Source: Trichoplax adhaerens | Taxonomy: Eukaryota; Animalia; Placozoa | DNA length: 5,365 bases | Direction: 5' to 3' | Assembly: GCF_000150275.1 (NCBI RefSeq) | Contig: NW_002061348.1 | Location: 1-5,365 of the forward strand | Part shown: positions 1 to 5,365 of the stretch, one piece after another | Layout of the letters: each line of letters opens with the position of its first letter | Numbering within the stretch: position 1 is the stretch's first letter | Notes under the pieces: generated by a model | What the model saw: the letters and a program-made list of their open reading frames with translations, nothing else | The model's database searches: none | Told to the model about the DNA's origin: nothing | Position numbers and translations under genes: made by a program

Positions 1-19
1 GATCCCTAGCCATTAGTCT

Positions 20-569
20 TTGGAATGGAGATCTTTTGATGGTTTGGTCCAAGGCGAACCACCTGAATTATTAGCAGTCTTCTCAACAAAGATAAAGGTC
101 CTAATGATATCTCTTGGTGTTGCTTGCATGCAGCTTCCACAGACATTGTTGCATTTCTTTTATCCTTCGCTTTAGATTGTTTGGTCCGTGATGAAACTTC
201 GGAATTGTTATCAGTCTTTCTCAACCACGACGGAGGTGCGTCTTTTTTTAGGGGTTATTTTTTTATCTTGTTTGCTTACAGCTTTCGTAAACTCAGTCGC
301 CTTACTTTCAAGCTTTTCATTTGATTATTTGGTCCGTGACCAACCTCTAGAATTGTTAGCAGTTTTCGTTCTCGACCAGGATGGAGGTTTTATTTGCTGT
401 CAGTAACCATAAACCTTGTTGCATTATTTTCAGGCTTCTCTTTTGATTGTCTGATTCGTGAACAACCTTCGGAAGTGTTAGCAGTCTTCTTTTTCGACGA
501 GGACGGAGGTTCTAATGTTCTCTCTTGATCTTGCTTGCTTGCAAAATCCATCCACTTTGTCGTAGTACG
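20..569 (-). pseudogene. Decayed continuation of the repeat protein downstream of its stop (former coding sequence)
   Basis: The same frame continues past the TAA as RTTTKWMDFA-SKQDQERTLEPPSSSKKKTANTSEGCSRIRQSKEKPENNATRFMVTD-SK*. It then shows stops at 390-392 and 325-327 and frameshifts near 389, 243-249 and ~80, while still encoding PPSW/TANNS/QSK motifs. Confidence 0.7.
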
Positions 570-1364
570 TTAAGGTTTTTCTTTTGATTGTTTGATCCGT
601 GACCAACCTTTGGAATTGTTGGCAGTCTTCTTTCTCCATCGGGATGGAGGTCCTGATGTTATCGTTTTATCTTCTTTCCTTGCAGGTCCCGTAAAATAAA
701 CCGCATTTATATAGGGTTTCTCTTTTGATTTTTCGGTTGGTTGCGAACCTTCAGAATTGTTAGCGGCCCTTTTTATCTCTGATGTTATCACTGTATCTTG
801 CTTGCTTGTAGCATTTATAAACTTTGTCGCATTCATTTCAGGTTTCTCCTTGGATTGTTCGGTCTGTGGTGAACCTCTGGAATGGTTAGTAGTCTTCTTT
901 CTCAACCAGGATGGAGGTCCCAATGTTATCATTTTATCTTCTTCTTTCCTAGCATCTTGCATCAACCCGATCTCATTTATTTCAGCTTTCTCTTCTGATT
1001 GTTCATTCGGTGGCAAATCGGCGGAATTGTTAGCCGTCCTTTCTAACCAGGATGGGGTTACTAATGTTATCTTTTCATCATGTTTGCTTACAGCTTGCAT
1101 CAAATTTGTCCAATCTATTTCTGGTTCCTCTTTTGATAGGTTGCTGGATGGCGAACCTTGGACATGGTTAGTAGTCCTTTCCAAAATGGACGGGATTACT
1201 AATGCTATCGCTTCATCTTGTTCGCTTGTAACTTGCATTAACTTTATGCTATCTATTCGAGGGTTATGTCCCAATTGTTCGTTGTGTAGTGAAGCTCTAT
1301 AACTATTAGCAGTCTTTTCCAACCAGGATGGGCTTGCTAACGTTATCTTTTCATCTTGTTTGCT
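35..1364 (-). repeat. Diverged tandem repeat, ~138-141-bp unit, about 10 copies
   Basis: Recurring plus-strand motifs gaattgttagcagtct, caaccaggatggaggt, tcttgtttgcttgcag and ttctcttttgattgt at roughly 125-145-bp spacing. Translated units align. Confidence 0.9.
389..394 (-). terminator. Candidate polyadenylation signal AATAAA for the minus-strand ORF
   Basis: tttatt on the plus strand, ~180 nt downstream of the TAA at 570-572. The hexamer is common in AT-rich DNA. Confidence 0.22.
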
Positions 1365-1451
1365 TGCAGCTTCGTCAACCTTGTTGCATTTATTTTCGGT
1401 TTCTCTGTCTATTGTCGGTTTGTTAGCCCTATTAGCTATCATCGACGTCAT
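570..1451 (-). CDS. Uncharacterised 293-aa hydrophilic tandem-repeat protein (about six 42-48-aa units, consensus ~SKQDEKITLxPPSWLxKTANNSxGSPxxEQSKEKPEINxxxxMxAx)
   Basis: 882 nt without a stop in AT-rich DNA. Unit lengths are 46, 46, 46, 48, 42 and 36 (to the stop), so every indel between units preserves frame. ATG at 1449-1451 has a purine at -3, with an in-frame TGA five codons upstream. No family recognised. Confidence 0.55.
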   Translation of the reverse strand: MTSMIANRANKPTIDRETENKCNKVDEAASKQDEKITLASPSWLEKTANSYRASLHNEQLGHNPRIDSIKLMQVTSEQDEAIALVIPSILERTTNHVQGSPSSNLSKEEPEIDWTNLMQAVSKHDEKITLVTPSWLERTANNSADLPPNEQSEEKAEINEIGLMQDARKEEDKMITLGPPSWLRKKTTNHSRGSPQTEQSKEKPEMNATKFINATSKQDTVITSEIKRAANNSEGSQPTEKSKEKPYINAVYFTGPARKEDKTITSGPPSRWRKKTANNSKGWSRIKQSKEKP

Positions 1452-1480
1452 TTCTTGCTCTGGTCAGCTAAAGCATCTAC

Positions 1481-1494
1481 CTAGAGATGGAATT
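1481..1494 (-). other. Candidate splice acceptor upstream of the repeat ORF
   Basis: The minus strand reads aattccatctctAG|G, 29 nt upstream of the ATG. The ORF frame has a TGA in between, so this would be a 5'-UTR junction. Confidence 0.3.
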
Positions 1495-1835
1495 ATATCT
1501 TACCATGCTACAGGTTACCCATAATGAGAAATGTCTGGCCAAGAGTAAGCCATTGCTTCCTTTCCAACCATGGACAAGACAACACTGTTCCTATGGTGAT
1601 GATCCACCGATCAGACTACTGCAAGTCTGTCTTCCACCTTCGTCTACGGTACCGGTACAGTACAGTACCGTGACAAGTCTACTCGTAGATTAACGATCTA
1701 CCCTATGGTTGCAATCAAGGATAACTTCTTCAAGAGAAACTATAGTACTCAATGGGACACTTGAAACAAGTTGTGATGATGAAAGGGTTAAGTAGGCTGG
1801 CGATTTGTGTCATGGACTTCTATTTCTAAATGAAG

Positions 1836-3152
1836 TAATATTCTATTAAATCGTTGTCTAGTTTAGCAAGTTACACTTCAAAGTAGTTTTACAACATCGT
1901 CAATGATTTTAAATGAGTGAAAGTGATTCAGATAGATAGACACAGAAGATCTACAGTGTAATTAAATAATCGTAAATCATATNTTCGGCCTGATTGAGTT
2001 TGGAAAAGTCTGTCCGTCCAACAAGAATGTCTAGTCACAGCGACTTTTAATAATATTCTATTAAATCGTTGTCTAGTTTAACAAGTTACACTTCAAAGTA
2101 GTTCTACAACGTCGTCAATGATTTTAAATGAGTGAAAGTGATTCAGACAAATAGACACAGAAGATCTACAATGTAAGTAAATAATGGTAAATCATTTTTC
2201 CATATTTTCGGCCTGATTGAGTTTGGAAAAGTCTGTCCGTCCAACAAGAATGTCTAGTCACAGCGACTTTTAATAATATTCTATTAAATCGTTGTCTTGT
2301 TTAACAAGTTACACTTCAAAGTAGTTCTACAACGTCGTCAATGATTTTAAATGAGTGAAAGTGATTCAGACAAATAGACACAGAAGATCTACAGTGTAAG
2401 TAAATAATGGTAAATCATTTTTCCATATTTTCGGCCTGATTGAGTTTGGAAAAGTCTGTCCGTCCAACAAGAATGTCTAGTCACAGCGACTTTTAATAAT
2501 ATTCTATTAAATCGTTGTCTAGTTTAACGAGTTGCACTTCAAAGTAGTTTTACAACATCGTCAATGATTTTAAATGAGTGAAAGTGATTCAGATAAATAG
2601 ACACAGAAGATCTACAGTGTAATTAAATAATCGTAAATCATATTTTCGGCCTGATTAAGTTTGGAAAAGTCTGTCCGTCCAACAAGAATGTCTAGTCACA
2701 GCGACTTTTAATAATATTCTATTAAATCGTTGTCTTGTTTAACAAGTTACACTTCAAAGTAGTTCTACAACGTCGTCAATAATTTTAAATGAGTGAAAGT
2801 GATTCAGATAAATAGACACAGAAGATCTACAGTGTAATTAAATAATCGTAAACCATATTTTCGGCCTGATTGAGTTTGGAAAAGTCTGTCCGTCCAACAA
2901 GAATGTCTAGTCACAGCGACTTTTAATAATATTCTATTAAATCGTTGTCTTGTTTAACAAGTTACACTTCAAAGTAGTTCTACAACATCATCAATGATTT
3001 TAAATGAGTGAAAGTGATTCAGACAAATAGACACAGAAGATCTACAGTGTAAGTAAATAATGGTAAATCATTTTTCCATATTTTCGGCCTGATTGAGTTT
3101 GGAAAAGTCTGTCCGTCCGACAAGAATATCTACTCGCAGCGACTTTTAATAA
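1836..3152. repeat. Tandem array A: six near-identical units of 215/223 bp
   Basis: Units begin with taatattctattaaatcg at 1836, 2051, 2274, 2497, 2712 and 2927 (lengths 215, 223, 223, 215, 215, 223). They differ by a few SNPs and one 8-bp indel. No spacers and no long ORF. Confidence 0.98.
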
Positions 3153-3219
3153 GAAGAATATGTCCTCTTTGGGGGGAGGGGTGGATATGGATATCCTTAT
3201 GTACAGTTCTGCAAGGAAA

Positions 3220-4580
3220 GTAGAACCAGCGACTACTCTAGCAACACTACAAACACAACTTTAGAACAGCCCTAAACTAATGTTGCAATCTAGATTAAGT
3301 TTAAAGCAGTTACAAAGTAAACCATCTTACTTTTTACTTGAGCAGTCGTTGGTAGAGCTGTAGCCCATCATAGTGGCCAACAAAGAGGTGACATTATTTC
3401 TGCTTTATTCTCATACTCGCCTGTTAAGTTAAATCATTTTACTTTGTCGACTTGCCTTAGTATGAGTGAGTCGTTTGGTAGAGCTGTTGTCCATGAAAGT
3501 GGCCAAAACAGAGGTGACATTGTTTCTGCTTTATTGTCATACTCGACTATAAAAGGAATCATTTTAGCTTGTCTACTTGTCTCAGTATGACCGTAAATGT
3601 CCTACGCCTGACCTGGTTGTACAGTATATTCAATGTACAAAACCAATGACTACTCTAGCAGCACTATTACTTTGAAACACAACTTTAGAACAACCCTATT
3701 CTAACCTTTTAATCCAGATTAAGTTTAAAGGAGTTACAAGGTAACCATCTTACTTTTTACTGGAGTAGTAGTTGCTGGTAAAACTATAGTCGATGATAGT
3801 AGCTAACATAAATGTGACATTATTTCTGCTTTACTATTATACTGGTCTATTCAAGGAATCATTTTAGGTTGTCTACTTGTCTCAGTATGACTGTAAACGT
3901 CCTGACTCCTGACCTGGTTGTACATTATATTCAATGTACAAAACCAATGACTACTCTAGCAACACTATTACTTTGAAACACAACTTTACAACAACCCTAT
4001 TCTAACCTTGTAATCCAGATTAAGTTTAACGGAGTTACAAGGTAACCATTTTACTTTTTACTTGAGCAGTAGTTGCTGGTAAAACTGTAGTCCATCATAG
4101 TGGCCAACATGGAGGTGACGCTATTTCTGCTTTGCTATTATACTGGTCTATTTAAGAAATCATTTTAGTTTGTCTACTTGCCTGAGTATGACTGTAAAAC
4201 GTCATGACTCGTTACCTAGTTGTACTCACTTGTACATACTGTACATTGCAGTAAGTGGAAGTGCGTATGCAAATGGAAGGTGCTAGTTCATTATTTACTG
4301 TAGGACTGTAGAACCAGTGAGACTACTCTAGCAACTCTATTACTTTGAAGCACAACTTCAGAACAATCCTATTCTAACCTTGTAATCCAGATTAAATTTA
4401 ATGGAGTTACAAGGTAACCATCTTACTTTTTACTTGAGTAGTAGTTGCTGGTAAAACTGTAGTCCATGATAGTGGCCAACATACAGGTGACATTATTTCT
4501 GCTTTACTCTGATACTCATTTATTCAAGAAATCATTTTAGTTTGTCTACTTGCCTGAGTATGACTGTAAAACGTCATGAC
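3220..4580. repeat. Tandem array B: four diverged units, with an internal ~125-bp duplication in unit 1
   Basis: Anchor gactactctagca at 3231, 3648, 3949 and 4321 (periods 417, 301, 372; the last unit ends ~4580). The sub-segment agtcgttggtagagctg...agtatga occurs twice in unit 1 (3344-3465 and 3469-3590). Confidence 0.95.
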
Positions 4581-4785
4581 CTACAGTAGTCGTATACGTA
4601 TGCCAGTCTCTATAGACTAACCATCTTTACGCTCGAGCTGATACTGCCGAATAGAACTCCAACACCAGTATGAAACAGTGATCGAACCTGCCACGCTACA
4701 CCCCACGATCAATATTAAACCCCTTGTTCGACCACTCCATCGTCTACTAGCGCAGTCTGCTGCCACGATTTGGCTGAAAAGCAAA
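4581..4785 (+). promoter_or_regulatory. Probable SerRS promoter / 5' leader
   Basis: Unique, more GC- and CpG-rich segment between array B and the SerRS ATG. Assigned from position only; no core promoter element identified with confidence. Confidence 0.45.
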
Positions 4786-4921
4786 ATGGTTCTTGATCTT
4801 GACTTATTTCGAGAAGATAAAGGAGGCAACCCTGAATCCATTCGTCAATGCCAGCGAAAACGCTTTAAGGATGTCTCCCTTGTCGATCAAGTTGTCCAAT
4901 TGGATAGCGAATGGAGAAAAC
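4786..4921 (+). CDS. SARS1: Seryl-tRNA synthetase, cytosolic: first coding exon (45 codons + 1 nt; gene continues beyond the window)
   Basis: ATG at 4786 in a good context (AAAATGG). It translates to [45 protein letters not shown], matching the conserved N-terminus of eukaryotic cytosolic SerRS ([16 protein letters not shown]...KRFKD...LVD...D.EWR). Similarity ends at a C|GTATGT donor (4922), and the unspliced frame stops at 4933-4935. Confidence 0.93.
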
Positions 4922-5215
4922 GTATGTATGGATAATGTTATGAGAATCAATTGTTCGTATCATCATCATCAAACTACGTCTAATCAAATCATCGCATTGG
5001 AATAGAACGCTAGTTGTCAAAATATATACATAATAGTGACCGAGTACAAGTTGAAATACAGTACTTGAAAGTGCCTTTACTTTAGTAGAGGGATAGAGTA
5101 CTAGCCTTGATTGGCTAGACGATCAGTTGATCCAAAAGTAAATGGTGTTGTATCAATTGATGATACCGGGTATGTGTTGATGAGCAAGAAAGTCGATTTA
5201 CTTCCCGGTGAGGAT

Positions 5216-5308
5216 GGTATTAAGCTGAAATTACAGTCATAATGGACGAATGGATAAGTATGGAGCTGAAATGACAGTCCTAATAGATGAATGCATGAGC
5301 TTAATACC
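5216..5308. mobile_element. Candidate 93-bp MITE-like element in the SerRS intron
   Basis: Perfect 11-bp inverted repeats GGTATTAAGCT (5216-5226) and AGCTTAATACC (5298-5308), flanked on both sides by GAT (5213-5215 and 5309-5311) as a possible target-site duplication. Confidence 0.42.
5217..5298. repeat. 41-bp direct tandem duplication
   Basis: 5217-5257 versus 5258-5298 align without gaps at 33/41 positions. Confidence 0.8.
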
Positions 5309-5365
5309 GATCACTACATAATTAGTTGTTAACCATAACCGATGGACTTTCACACGATCGTTTTA

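Larger units (their letters stand above)
4922..5365 (+). other. SerRS intron 1 (phase 1; 3' end outside the window)
   Basis: GTATGT donor at 4922-4927, followed by AT-rich, stop-rich sequence. I could not find an exon-2-like SerRS peptide in the remaining window. Confidence 0.8.

Noticed and set aside
6-224. Separate 72-aa minus-strand gene
   Set aside because: A frameshifted fragment of the decayed repeat tail with a non-ATG start.
757-1302. 181-aa hydrophobic plus-strand ORF (and the 124-324 and 188-406 ORFs)
   Set aside because: Antisense shadow of the repeat ORF. The 757-1302 frame shares wobble positions with it, starts at TTG, and is interrupted by stops within the intact part of the array.
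1487-1693. 68-aa plus-strand ORF
   Set aside because: Short, with no recognisable motif or supporting gene structure.
1646-1697. GTAC cluster and short inverted repeats (ACGGTAC/GTACCGT)
   Set aside because: Low-complexity palindromic 4-mers generate such stems trivially.
1900-1997. C/D snoRNA within each array A unit (tcaATGAT...CTGAttga)
   Set aside because: The box C candidate is ATGATTT and lacks the GA needed for the kink-turn.
4267-4274. Octamer motif ATGCAAAT
   Set aside because: A single 8-mer in 5 kb of AT-rich DNA is compatible with chance.
1836-4580. CRISPR-like array
   Set aside because: Units are 215-420 bp and repeated along their whole length with no unique spacers. No cas genes, and the context is eukaryotic.
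4617-5005. ORFs 4617-4841 (-) and 4793-5005 (+)
   Set aside because: Alternative frames overlapping the SerRS exon, with no independent support.
5101-5166. Three small palindromes (CTAGCC/GGCTAG, GATCA/TGATC, GTATCA/TGATAC)
   Set aside because: Stems of 5-6 bp are too short to support a structure.
5157-5269. Intronic C/D-box snoRNA (TGATGA at 5158 and 5178; CTGA at 5225 and 5266)
   Set aside because: No closing terminal stem or recognisable rRNA guide. The CTGA motifs belong to the 41-bp duplication.

Overview
AT-rich eukaryotic (probably animal) genomic DNA, not a prokaryotic locus. From left to right: (i) a minus-strand array of about ten 42-48-codon repeats (~35-1364). Its first ~6 units form an intact 293-aa ORF (570-1451), and its last units continue past the stop as a decayed, frameshifted copy. 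(ii) A near-perfect tandem array A of six 215/223-bp units (1836-3152). (iii) A more diverged tandem array B of four ~260-420-bp units (~3220-4580). (iv) The first coding exon of cytosolic seryl-tRNA synthetase (4786-4921, +). (v) Its first intron, which holds a small TIR/TSD-bounded MITE-like element. The most unexpected observations are the sharp intact-versus-decayed boundary in the protein repeat and a series of short reverse-complement matches suggesting that arrays A and B are inverted relatives. All alignments were done by eye. I see no CRISPR array, RNA gene or transposase.
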